NCBI RefSeq assembly: GCF_001194135.2
Contig: NC_069003.1
Coordinates: forward strand, 36,363,608 to 36,427,607
Length of the DNA stretch: 64,000 nt
Direction: 5' to 3'
Origin: Octopus bimaculoides
Lineage: Eukaryota
Part shown: positions 50,109 to 63,491 of the stretch, in pieces
Layout: each line of letters begins with the position of its first letter
Numbering within the stretch: position 1 is the first letter of the stretch
The notes under the pieces: generated by a model
What the model was told of the DNA's origin: nothing
Database searches by the model: none
The model's input: the letters and a program-made list of their open reading frames with translations, nothing else
Position numbers and translations under genes: made by a program

Positions 50109-53100
50109 CTGTCAGTAATTTGATGTTATAAAAACGTACATAACTTGCACAAACAACAAATTACTTTAATGTATATGCGATATTTGAATAGCAACGAGAG
50201 AGAATAGTGTAAAATTACAATCCTTTTTCATGGAAGCCCAATGTAAAGGACATGTTATTTTTGGAAAGGTTATTACCATATTTAATGATATAAAACACGC
50301 GCGGGCAGAATAGGCACACCCACATTTGTGAAAAGAGTTTCTAGTGCATTAAACCGTGTAATATTGGCCAACTTCACATATAGCACCCGGGGTGGGTTTT
50401 TTCGGGGCATTCTTTTTTTTTTTTTTTTGTGTGAACCACAAGTGCGTCTTATATGTCATCAAATTCAGTAATTCGTAGTATTTTGTATCAATCGTATGAC
50501 CTCGGTTTTGCCTTTCCTCCAATTATTAAGCGAGATCAGTTCACCATTTTAAAATTCTTTTCGATGTGAAAGGTTGTTCATCGTTTGACACAAAAGCACA
50601 GTTTGAAAGTTCAAATCCTGTCTACATTCGAATAGAACCGCCCTCCTCCCTCACACCGACACCTTCAATGTAAAAGCAGAATGTGAAAGTTCGAATTTGG
50701 CTAAAATATTCTATTTTATTTTCCTTCCCTTTCACATCATGGATATGAATTCAATTCGCAACCATGCGATTTCCAGTTCAGTCTCACGGCACACCGTCTT
50801 GGACAAGTGTCTTCCATTATGACATGCGCCAAATAAGGTTTTGGGAGTTAATTTGGTAACTGGAAGCTGGGGATGATTTGACCGAGTAAACGCTTCAAGT
50901 CTTTGCCCCAGCATGGCCGCAATTAAAAAAAAAAAGACAAACATCTACGAGAGTAAATCACCAGACGATGTGCGTCTCCTTCGTTTTAGATGGGTGGAAA
51001 AGTATTAAACGTTAGAAATTGCAAATCAGAGATATCCAGTAACATTACCAAAGGATACAAAAGAGATCCGAGACGGACTTATTTGACTTTAGTTAAAATT
51101 TAAAATATATCTCATGGGTTACATGAGCAGATGTAGGCTGCTGCAAATCCGATGGAATTACACGCCACCCATCTGTCGAAAGTAAAGCTTCCAAAAGCAT
51201 AAATGCGGGAACGAAATATGCTTAGAGAATGCAAACCCAGTTTTTTCAGAAGGATTTTCAAAGCGTTTTCATTGCTCCTCACTAAAAAAAGTTTATGGGG
51301 TTGCGCTTGCACTACCTGTACCCCCTGTTCCAGAGCTTATATCCTCAAGTGGCCCGAATTAAATTTTGGTAGGGATAATAAAAAGCTTAGGATTTCGACA
51401 GGGATGGATTTTCCAAGGAAAATATCCCGTGCAACAATTGAATACATACCCATTTTTTTTTCTGTTATTTCCCACCCCAAGTTCGTATGCGATTGAAACA
51501 GCGTGTGTATTCCTTACTAAGCAGACGGGGAAACACTNNNNNNNNNNAGTGTATTTGCATCTGTGGTTTATTTAGGTGAGAGTTTCTCTTGTAAATTGTA
51601 TTTAAAATGTAAATTTAGGTTTTATAATCGATTCGATTAAATTTTAAAATTTACTGACTTATTCAGCGGTGAATATAAACTAAATTTTCTCTCAGAAATA
51701 CTCCATGAACCTATAGAAAATGATTCTTTAGGGGAACAACTGAAGACAACGCCCTTTCTCTGGGTCAAGTTGTTAGAAGTGAGTAACGAACATACCTCTA
51801 ATGAACGTGTCTGAAAAATTACAGGACAGGTATTTCTTACTGACAGATCTCAACTCGTTCTTTGTCCACGACACGTCACAGTATTGCTCCAAATAATTCG
51901 GGTTAAAATGTGTTTCGAAAGAAGTGCGTAAATAACAGCTAGAAAGAAGTTAATGATTGAAAGGTTTTTTTTTAATCTAAGAAAGTTGTCCAATAAGCTC
52001 GTAGATGACCCTATAAATGGCAAGTTCCTGGATAACGAGGTTGCAAGACTCATACAACAGAATACTTTGTACTGGCGACAATTTTAGGTGAATGAAATTC
52101 AAAATTTTCATTAGTTTTTTAAAAAATTTATTTCCAGTAGAGTTACAAAGTTTTAAAATGTATTATTTTTCTCAACTTGTAACAGCTGCATCTAATTTGG
52201 GCTGAGTAAGCCTGACTCAGCTCTTGGGAATTAGGCTTAGCTGGGCCACATCTTAGATTCAAATATTTCTTTTTTCGTTTTTCTTTACAGATAGAGAGAA
52301 TAGAAATTTACCGTTCGATTACACATGAAAACAAAATGTTGCTGTATTCCACCCCTAATCGATATTAACGAATGCAGCACAGCGAGTGTGTTGTTAACAG
52401 CAACTCCAAGTTAAGCTTTGAAAGGTGTCCGCAATGCGGTGTCTTTAAAAGTACATCATTTTAATGTTTGTGGGGAAGAAAATAAAAGATATACAAGATA
52501 ACTAGTGACAGTTCGGGAAAAAAAAACCCCAGTAAAATAATGTTTATGTATAAAATTCATAGGAAGAAATACTGTATTTGAAGAAAACAACAAGGAGAAA
52601 GAGAGGAAAAAGAAAGTCGAATATATATGTATGTATGTATGCATCGTTTGCAATTTAGATGATGTGGTAGCGGGACGGCTGCGAATTAGGAAAATCAACA
52701 GTAGAATCAATTAAGCACAAAAATAATCGTTTCTGAAGAAAAGAAAGAAAGTAATAGTAATTGCTAAAACTTACTGCCATTTTTTAGCTGGGTGCAGGAA
52801 AGATGAAAAATATTATCAAAAGTGGGCTGTCCTGTGAATGTTGTTTGGTATTCTGCAAAGCTAATCAATTTGAGAAGAGGTTTTGTTAGCGCTTTAAGTC
52901 ATATGACTGCGGGGGTAACCAATTGTAAGTTACAGATTTAAATAAGCCTTGGGTAGTGGCTATTCATTCATAGAACAATGACACTTCGACGGTGACGGCC
53001 GGAGGAAGATTTCAGATAAAAAAAATCTCATTAACAGACTCTGTACTCTAGTATTTGTGTGGCGATGCGTATGTTAAATACCTGCATAGGAGTTCGTACT

Positions 53101-55141
53101 TTCAGCCGTTGAAGCGCTGTCGGAAAGTGTTTACGCACACCCACACGTGTTTGTATGTATTAGAAAGCGTACTCCAGTTACTCATTAATGGAAACGAGTA
53201 TTTATAATTAGTTACATCGTAAATTTTATTATTTCTTATCTTTCCAAGTGTAGTATCTATTATTTTTGCTGAGATGTATTATTCTTGAATAATGAATCTT
53301 TCTTTAATAACTTTTCCATAAGTATTCTAAATTTAAATTGAAAAGTCAGACGGATAATTTATTTTAAACTACAATTTTCTACGAAAGTATTGAATAAGAA
53401 AATGGAAAGAAAGAGAAATAACATCAAAGGAAATAAGTAAATAAAATGTCAAAATAGAGAGGCATGAACACCTCCACATCTCAATTATACATCATTGTCA
53501 AGACTAACGCGTATTCCCATCTGATAATTTTTTTTTTCCTGACATGTTCAAGCACTTACGGCATTATGACAAATGATAGGTGACACTTTGATTATTGATC
53601 AGATTGATCAAAGACAGAACCAAACGTGTGTTTTGACCGTAAATTGCCCCAAACTCTCTCAGCTGATTTTCCATGTTCTGGAACAAACAATTTAAGCTGT
53701 CTTCCCCAACCTTACATTCTACAGTTGTAGAGTTTCACCCACGAAACCGTTAGAATTAGTTTGTATTAGCAAGGAGAGAATGCTGCCTACCAAAGAAGAG
53801 CAAGTATGAATGGAAGAAAGGGAACTTCAGATCCCACCAACATCACAAGCATTCCCCCCACACCTAAATCACACAGAGTCTACTGAATGAAGCTACGTAC
53901 TAAACATCAACAATCACTTGTACCAACACAGTCAAACCTACAAGCTGGGAACATGAACAACAATCCTAAAACCCCTTAAAATTCAAGTGGGGTAACACAC
54001 AAGCACGTCACTCTCTTCTGACTCCTTTCCTCACTATGTTATATGAAAAAAATAACCTCAGCCATAACATGCTGGCCCCCAAGCCTCATTTCCCCTCTTT
54101 GTCCAGGGGCTCAACACAGTATCTTAATTATGATATGAACACCATAATATCTTTTCCACCCATTAATAAATTAAAATGCAATCAAAACAAGTAAAATTTC
54201 TATAGCCAAATGATTTACTGTATTTTATAGGAACAGGTAAAAAGGTGTGGAGGTAATGGTGATGATGGCAGGTAGTGGTGGTGGTGGTTTACATTGGCAG
54301 AAATGAAAGAGTGAGTTTGGATAAGTTGCGTATGGCATGGAGAGAAGAGGAATCTGATATTTTAGCTGAGAGAATTAGTATTTTGTCGAACTGATGGGTT
54401 TGAAGCTGTACTAAGAATATATATAAGTTGTTGTTGTTGTTGGTAGTGGTGGAAGGGTTGTTAGGAGAGGTGGGAGGGAACATGGGAAGCAGATGTAGAG
54501 AGTATATTTAGAAGAAAAAAAATAGCAGATCAGTGATGGAGGATGAGATAATAGTATTAGCATTTGGCTAAAACAGTCAGTGAGGTCAGAGAGTGAAGAT
54601 AAAATTGAGTGTGTTTTTCACACATTCGCTTGCGTAGATTGAAATATTAGAGAATGAAACCTGGCTGTTTTTTGCAATAAGTTAGATTTAAATCAATACT
54701 TAACAAAACCCCTAAAATACTACTGTATTTATTATTTTTCTAACATCGACCCCCAGGGGTAACATGAACCCCAGTTTAGAACCATTGGTCTAATGTATTC
54801 TTGTCTTAAGACAGTAGGGTGTAGTTTGAGAGATATTTGGTTCTATTTCTTGTAGGTCAAACAACCATGTAGAAGTTCTGTCATGCTGTTTTCCCCCAAC
54901 TAAAAAGATAAACTTGTCAAATATTGTTGGTATTTCACAGTAACTGGTTCCAATGTGCTCCACACACTAACATTCGGTCATACATAACCGAACAAACAAA
55001 ATGGCTACGTCATTAGATATCAAAAATAGAATTGGCTTTGCACCCAAATTAGCATTTAGCTTTCTTGACTGATGTGTTTGGAAGCAAACACAAATATCTC
55101 ACACACTGTAGGTCAACAGCTGCAATTATTGATTGTCTGAA

Positions 55142-55250
55142 TTGCCTATGTTGTTGTATGATATCCAACCATGGACATCACTCCAGAGCATTTTCAATAT
55201 GTTGGAAGTCTTTCAAAAAATAATATTTTTTGCTGAATCTTCAAAGTAAA
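55142..55250 (+). mobile_element. Highly degenerate RTE/BovB-like LINE remnant
   Basis: Translates LPMLLYDIQPWTSLQSIFNMLEVFQKII, resembling the LP.LLYG.E.WT......LE.F motif of RTE ORF2. Confidence 0.3.
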
Positions 55251-57938
55251 ATGGATTCAATTATCTCTGCAGAATCTTCATATTTGGAGCATTTCTGAAT
55301 TGATTTAGAAATATTGGTTGTGCAAGTCTGGCCATGAAATGCACTCACAAGGCTTTGGAACTGAACCCAGAACCATGTGGTTGGGAAGTAAATTTCTTAC
55401 ACAGTCACAAATATATACAGGGTAACTAAATAGATTTAACAACAGTACAACAAATTCAAAAATAAGCACCATCAGATGACAGTAAGAGCTATTCAAACAG
55501 TCATAAAGCTATAAATTCTGTTTAGCGTGGAAGGTGTTGTTGAATAGAAAAAGAGGTATGCGTGAAATACATTTCAAACATATTTTATTATGGACAAAAA
55601 CACGTGAATAGAAATATCAGTAAAGGTACACATGAAGAAGACATTAACACACTTTTTTGATGGAGTGAGCAGAATGAAAGCATTGGATCACATGAGAATG
55701 AGGTAGAAATGAAGAGTTAGAATTGATGAGGGAATAAGGGATGTGACGGGAGAAGCAGGAGTTCAGATCCTGTGATTGGCGCTGGAATATATTATGGTAT
55801 TGGCCAACACAGTGATGGCTATTTATACCACCCTGACCGTTCCCTGGATCTGAACAAGCCAATAAGGGAGCTGCTAAATGGATGTTTGAAGTGCTAGAAA
55901 CAGCAGCAAAATTGCCACCAGATTACACCCTGCAGACACACTGGATAGTACTGTCTAGACTATACCTCAAAAATTTGGGATGGTCATGACTGGAATGCCT
56001 TAGATCATAGGTCTACTCGATTAAATCTTACTTAGGGTTAAAAATGATAACGATTTAACTGTAGACTATGTAAGGAGAACGAGAGACAGCTTCTGGAGGC
56101 AGTGAGAGGTGATTAGAAACACTGAGGACATATTTGCATGTTGTATGAGGGGTGAGAAGGAAGAGAGATTACAGAATACAAGAGAGGGAAAGAGGGAGAG
56201 AGGGGGGAGTGGTGAAGACATGGGCAGAAAAGAGATTGGTGAGAGTGACATGAGTGGAAGATAGCGGAGTGATAAGAGAAATGTAAGACATCCAGATGAG
56301 TAATAGGTGTGTTCAAGAGACAAGAAGTTATCAGAGGCCAAACATGTAGATATGATAGTATGCAATGCATATCACACACACACATATATATATAGGCGCT
56401 AGTGTGGCTATGTTGTAAGACGGTTGCTTCCCATCTACATGGTTCTGGGTTCAGTTTCACAGCAAAGCACCTTTGGCAAGTGACTTCTACTACAGCCTCA
56501 ACAAATATGACTTTCTGTGAATATGTCTTTCAACACGTTTTCAATGGCCATGCCTAACCCCACAAAACTCTACCTCAATCAATTTCTTTTGACTCATTTG
56601 AGCATGGAAAATGATTCCATCCATTTCCCCCCACCCCCCGGATATGATGGCTTGCAGGGTGGTGTCTATGATGAGTATCCTGGTTGATTGACCAATAGAA
56701 CCACGAACTCACTGAGTTAGTGTGATAGTGGTTGAGTATTCCATTGATTCTTTAACTCTATCTTCAGGTAGACATATTGTGACCTGGCCAACCCTTTGAA
56801 ATGGCGGTTACTGTTCATTCAACAAGATTCCTTACAGTTTCCATAGGTATGGACAAATGGTTAAGAGGCTAACCTTCTCGATGGTAACGTTCCAACACTC
56901 ACTGTTTTTTGTGCAAATATCTTCCACATAGAATCGTGGATTAACCAAAGCTAATCCTGTCAGTGAAACTGGAGAGAGTCAGACAATATTTTGATCCCTT
57001 TCTGTGTCCCTTCCCCACCCCCACCCTTATCCTATGTTCAGCTGGAACTAATTTAGTAGTAAACGACTGAAAATGACTTTTCTCTTTGTTATTCAGCTTC
57101 AGCCTTCCACATGCCTGGCATCATAATGCATTCTCTGCATTTTACATTTGGAAAGACTCATATTTTTCATTCATTTAAACAAACATACACTTAATGGCAT
57201 TTTTATTCATTTATTGTTGTTCCTAAGCCTAATTATATTTAACACTATAAGCAGCCTCCACTGTTAGTGGAGGCGGAGGACAAAAACATTCCAATACTAT
57301 CGGCTATGAAAAGGCATTAGAGAAGTACAATTTAACATATTTTCTATCATTGAACCAAGAGGTGGGCTCAGGTGGATTGGCAATAAAAGAATTAAGACAG
57401 ACACGTTACCCTAGTTTGACTATCTCCACAGCTGTTCAACCCTTTTGTTACCAACCTGCCTGAGCCTGCACCAAGCTCTAGGATGTAAAACAACTAGTTT
57501 TACAAAATAATCTAAATTAAAACCTATCAAATTGTTTTTATTACTTTATATTGCAAATATTAGCTTAATAATGATAAAGATTCATTGGACTGTGGCCATG
57601 TTGGGGCTGCCCACATCAAGTAGTATTCTGCTTCAGTATATTTATACTCACATCTCTATAACTAATTTACAAATGTTTTCATGACATTAACAACCATTTG
57701 TCAATCTTTTATTTTACTTTATTGTGTGTGTGTGACAGATTTCTCCACAGTTCTGGTCAACCAAATTTCACTCACAAAGCATTAGTCAACCTGAAATTAG
57801 AGTAAAGGATACTTACCCAAGGTGCCTGGTACTGGGATCAAACCCAGAACCACATGGTTCGGAAGCAAACTTTTTAACCACCCAACCAGAGTTACATGCA
57901 CCTCTTCACATCTACCGACCGTGTCAGGCACTTTAAAC

Positions 57939-58230
57939 CAGTGGTCCCTAACCATTTTTGCCTTGGGTCCCCTGTCATTTCTCTTACTCTACTGGATCCC
58001 CACAGCTATTCAATATTTTAGAAATATTATCATCATCATCATCATCATCATATTTATATAATTAAATATTAATAAGAATTATATATAAAAAAAAACCTTA
58101 AAATATTTTGAGTATTGTTAGAAATATAACCAATTTATTGCTGATAACTTGTCATAACAAAATTTGAAATGGACCAACAGGGGTCATATGGACCCCTAAG
58201 AGTGATATGGACCCTGGTAGAGAACCATTG
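57939..58230. mobile_element. hAT-like non-autonomous DNA transposon (MITE), degenerate; partial right end also at about 54745-54787
   Basis: Termini cagtggtccctaacc ... ggtagagaaccattg (10/15 complementary, CAGTGGTT-type hAT TIR); 8-bp flanks ctttaaac / gtttacag match at 5/8. Confidence 0.55.
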
Positions 58231-58573
58231 GTTTACAGAAACATTCTGAAGCAAATTAATTGCAATAAAACATTATCTTTATTTTGTTTACATAAATATA
58301 CCTCAGAAAAAAAAAAAGTAATATTAAAGTAAAAATGAAAGGAAAATAGGGGTAACTGGGTAGAATTTATTTGAATTAACAGAAAAAGGGGCCAAAGAAA
58401 AACAAGAAAATATGATTAGAATCATTAAGATTGCCAAATTATTGCAAATGTATGGAGTGTATCACAATGAATGGAGATGTTTAATGATTTTAAAATAGTC
58501 ATTGAAAATTAAATGATGTTTTTATTATCTCTTTCATTCACCCATACATACACAGCCTTCAGTTCTGTAGAGG

Positions 58574-58575
58574 TA

Positions 58576-58621
<46 letters not shown>
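58574..58621. repeat. (AT)n microsatellite
   Basis: Directly visible. Confidence 0.9.
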
Positions 58622-58626
<5 letters not shown>

Positions 58627-59536
58627 TCTGAGATTAGTCTGTTGCAGCTCCAAGTTCCATGGATCCTCATGGATTACACAACTGTGTTTCAGCTTTTGTT
58701 TAAAGAGTTGAAGGTGCAAACGTGTGAAACAGCCTCCTGGTTCTGTTATTCAAGAGCTCCTGAGGAGAGAAAGAAAAAACGGAATATACAATATAAAATC
58801 AAAAATCTTTTTAAAATGGAAAATAGAAATTGAAACTTCAAGTCATGAAGAAAATTTAACCAACAACCACACACACACACTTTTTATATATTTCTGGGTG
58901 TGTGCGCACGTGCGTGCGTGTGTAGAGGGGATGGAAACATGTTGCAGATGATTTGGCAAAGACTCTATCTGGCATCAGATGCTTTGGTCCTATAAAAATC
59001 CAAGACGCAGTGATCATAATTAGTGATTTAGTGATCGTAATTATTAAATGAAAGACTGAAAAATGATGGCTTCAAATTTTGGAGCAAGGCCAGCAGGGGT
59101 GGAGGACGGATAGTCGATTCCACTGACGCCAGGGGTCAACTGGTACTTATTTTATCAACTGTATAGGGACAAAAACAAGTAGAATACATTTATGTCATCT
59201 TGTCTTCAGACAATCTGTCTGTCTTTTACTTAAAAGTGTCTCCCACTTCTCATTTTTGACTTGGGCCCAACTGCCACCAAGCAATTTATTTTGGCATTTA
59301 ATATATTCTTACTCACCATTGTTGTCCAAATGTAGGTCACTGGCCACTTGCAGCTCTGAGTGTGTGTGTGTGTGCACATATACATTCATTAGCCTGACCT
59401 CTATACTGCCCGAAACCAACACTTGTTTACCTGGATTTCATCTCCCATCGTTTGACATTGGGTTTTAAATATTTAAATCTAGTCTGAGCATTTGCACACC
59501 AGTTTAATGTTGTTTTTATATATAACCTGACATAAC

Positions 59537-59576
<40 letters not shown>

Positions 59577-60755
59577 ATGCTTTTTTTTTTTTTTTATTGA
59601 TTCCAGTCATTAGATTGCTGCCATATTGCAACACTATCCTCTCTTGCACTTATTTCCGTCCAGTGTTTGTATATTATCGTAACCTCTATTGATCAATCGA
59701 TTATCATTATTGATGGCCTATGAATGAATACTGAATGCTTATTGATCTAAAAAAAAAATAAAAGACATTTCACAAACAAACAAAAAAAAAATACTAAACA
59801 AAATGAGAACAATTATAACAATGTCTGTTAATTCTCAAATATGGAGTGTGACTGCCATCTTTTAGTTAAACGGTCATAAATACAAAATCTACCAACACCA
59901 CACAGTGATCTCCCAGGCAACTGTCAAATGAAAAATTTTAGCCATTTCTACAGATTGCAACAGATTCAAGCAGGTTGTTCTGGAAATTCTTGCAAATCCC
60001 TTTTTTAACAATGTTTTATATTGGTTCTTAAGACATTTTTGTTTCTTGTTTTTTAGCAGAATATATCTTTTTCTTTTACTTGTCACAGTTACGGGACTGC
60101 AACCAAACTGCAGCACTGCCCGAAAAGGTTCACTTGAACAAATCGACCCCCAGCACTTATTTTGTTATGTATGGTACTTTATTAGAGTTTTATGCTGAAC
60201 TACAAAGTTATGAGTAGGAACATAAACAAACCCCTGTTGTCAAGTGGTGGGAGGATACATACAACACACACACACATGGTGGGCTTCCACACAATTTCCA
60301 TCGACTAAATTCATTCACAGAGCATTGGCTGGCCCAGGGCTACAGTAGAAGACACTCTCCTAAGCTACCGTACACAGGGACTGAACTCACAACTTACAGA
60401 GTCACAAAGCAAGCTTGTTAACCATGTGTGTATGTATGTACCCATTCAAAACAACTCGCTGATAATTATATTTGACTTTCTCTCGAATAACTTAATTTAT
60501 GTGAATCTGTGAAAGCTTCAAAGTATTTTCACTTTACACAGAATTATCAACAATTTTGTTGAAAATGTTAAAAGGTCACCAATTCTCTCTCAGAGTTAGT
60601 GCCATGGCTGTCGACAGAATAACAATTGACTTCACTCCTCTCGATGATGGTGATCAGTTTTAAAAGGTCAGTTCTAATGAAAACATTCAGAGGACAAATA
60701 AAACTTGTCCCAAATTGAGAATACAAAAGACTTTAATCAAAATTAACACAATCAA

Positions 60756-61040
60756 TGGTGAAGTAGTTGTATGCTGCCAACTTAATGTGACAGTCCCATG
60801 AAGGGAATAACACTACTGTTGGTTAGACCTAGGAAGCTGCACCGCTTCCTGTTGGCCTTGACACATTTCCTGTGTCCTTATGTTTACAAGGGGGAGACAA
60901 GCACCTCCACCCTTGTAAACATAAGGACACAGGAAATGTGTCAAGGCCAACAGGTGCAGCTTCCTAGGTCTAACCAACAATAGTATTATTCCCTTCATGG
61001 GACTGTCACATTAAGTTGACAGCATACAACTACTTCACCA
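60756..61040. repeat. 285-bp near-perfect inverted repeat (about 135-bp arms, 8-nt loop)
   Basis: Arms differ by 3 transitions, one 6-nt insertion (gcttcc) and a 1-nt bulge; loop acaagcac at 60897-60904. Confidence 0.95.
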
Positions 61041-62809
61041 CTCCAACCACCCCAATCTTTTGATCTTGTCCTCAGTCTCCCAAGAATAATTTAATCACCT
61101 CTTGTAATCCACTGTTAATTGACATTTCTGGTCATGATTGAAGGTCACTGGCAAAAAAGAATTTACTCAGTGAAACAGAAGCAGACCATACTACGACCCG
61201 AGGCAAACATAGAAAAACACCTGACACAGATGTAGTCTATTTGAACCCACACAATCCCAGTCACTACACACCCAACCAACACTTATGACTACCTAGTTAC
61301 ATTAACCAGTAATCTAGAATACTAGTAGAGACCATTCTAAGATTGGTGTTCCAGACACAGAACACACCTGAAACCACTAGAAACTTCTGTATCAAATATC
61401 AATTATAAAAGCCATAATATTGCACAGCTGCAATATTAATTATTTCAGTAAATGTAAATTGTCTTAACTTCCTAATTAAAGCTAATTGGTTTCTAGTTTT
61501 GGCACAAGGCCAGCAATTTTTGAGAGGAAGGGAAGTTGATTAAATTGACCCTGTAAATGGTTCCAAAGCAGCAGACAAGTGGAAGGCATTGCTATGAATC
61601 CTTCAGAACTATGGTGTTCTTGCTTCTGGAAGAGGAATGTGCTTAGCCCTAGCAGGAGAAATGAGAAAAGAAGGCCTGCATGCAGGTTCATACCTGATCC
61701 TCTTTAATCAAATATTCCCATGACTTGCTTCCAACCAATTGATGGCTGGAATGTAAAATAATCCTCAAAGTATCCATAGTTGATGGAAACAATTACCAGA
61801 GAATTTAATGGTCGACCATAACGGCCAAGCAATAGAATAAGTTCTTATAAAATGGAACCAACAAATATATTAATATTCNNNNNNNNNNNNNNNNNNNNNN
61901 NNNNNNNNNNNNNNNNNNNNNNNNNNNNNNNNNNNNNNNNNNNNNNNNNNNNNNNNNNNNNNNNNNNNNNNNNNNNNNNNNNNNNNNNNNNNNNNNNNNN
62001 NNNNNNNNNNNNNNNNNNNNNNNNNNNNNNNNNNNNNNNNNNNNNNNNNNNNNNNNNNNNNNNNNNNNNNNNNNNNNNNNNNNNNNNNNNNNNNNNNNNN
62101 NNNNNNNNNNNNNNNNNNNNNNNNNNNNNNNNNNNNNNNNNNNNNNNNNNNNNNNNNNNNNNNNNNNNNNNNNNNNNNNNNNNNNNNNNNNNNNNNNNNN
62201 NNNNNNNNNNNNNNNNNNNNNNNNNNNNNNNNNNNNNNNNNNNNNNNNNNNNNNNNNNNNNNNNNNNNNNNNNNNNNNNNNNNNNNNNNNNNNNNNNNNN
62301 NNNNNNNNNNNNNNNNNNNNNNNNNNNNNNNNNNNNNNNNNNNNNNNNNNNNNNNNNNNNNNNNNNNNNNNNNNNNNNNNNNNNNNNNNNNNNNNNNNNN
62401 NNNNNNNNNNNNNNNNNNNNNNNNNNNNNNNNNNNNNNNNNNNNNNNNNNNNNNNNNNNNNNNNNNNNNNNNNNNNNNNNNNNNNNNNNNNNNNNNNNNN
62501 NNNNNNNNNNNNNNNNNNNNNNNNNNNNNNNNNNNNNNNNNNNNNNNNNNNNNNNNNNNNNNNNNNNNNNNNNNNNNNNNNNNNNNNNNNNNNNNNNNNN
62601 NNNNNNNNNNNNNNNNNNNNNNNNNNNNNNNNNNNNNNNNNNNNNNNNNNNNNNNNNNNNNNNNNNNNNNNNNNNNNNNNNNNNNNNNNNNNNNNNNNNN
62701 NNNNNNNNNNNNNNNNNNNNNNNNNNNNNNNNNNNNNNNNNNNNNNNNNNNNNNNNNNNNNNNNNNNNNNNNNNNNNNNNNNNNNNNNNNNNNNNNNNNN
62801 NNNNNNNNN

Positions 62810-63491
62810 GTAGCTTTCAGATGTCGATGATGTGATTGTACATTTTCACAATGACATTGTAGGGTAGGTGGGAGAGGCAGGATCTGGCCAGTTTGAACAT
62901 AAAATATTTGGGCCAGATTAAATGCTAAATGGAAAAATGCATTTCGTTGATGAATAAGTCAGAGATTATAGCCTCATTTATATTTAAGTAAATAGATTAT
63001 TCAGTGAACATTCTGGAAGGGAGACAGTTGATAGGCATTTAACTTTTGGATTAGCAATAAATGCAGCTTGATTAATTATTCCGTGTTCAACTTGATATCA
63101 TTGTTGAAAAGTGATGAGTCACCATATGCACCAGCATGACCGCAGCCACTTGGCTGAAACACATAAATAAATAAATAAATAAATATCTAAATGTGTTGGC
63201 ATGACTGAAAGTATATTCGTTACATCTGTTGTCTAGGCTGACTGAGGTGTAACAATAATAATGCTATGTTGTAGCATTCCGATTACTCTCGTATCAAATA
63301 CAATCCTTATTTATCTACATAATCCTTATTTATCTGCATAATCTCAAAGCTACAAGATTTCTATGACGTGATTGTTTATTTTTAGAATGACATTGTATGG
63401 TATGTGTGAGAGGCTGGATCTGGCTAGTCTAAACATAAAACACATAGAATATTTGGGCCTGATATGGTCAGTTTAAATGCTAAAGGGTCAA
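62810..63491. mobile_element. Two partial tandem copies of a piggyBac-like MITE end (62810-62932 and about 63340-63487)
   Basis: Shared aatgacattgta.ggta.gtg.gagaggc.ggatctggc...aacataaaa...atatttgggcc...aaatgctaaa. The second copy ends AAAGGG followed by TCAA, close to the CCC/TTAA piggyBac terminus. Confidence 0.45.

Noticed and set aside
52325-52414. MKTKCCCIPPLIDINECSTASVLLTATPS*, a DINEC resembling a calcium-binding EGF start
   Set aside because: Only 29 codons, the remaining EGF cysteines are absent, and no compatible downstream exon was found.
60798-60998. Two near-identical ORFs on opposite strands (MKGITLLL... / MKGIILLL...)
   Set aside because: A trivial consequence of the DNA palindrome; no independent coding evidence.
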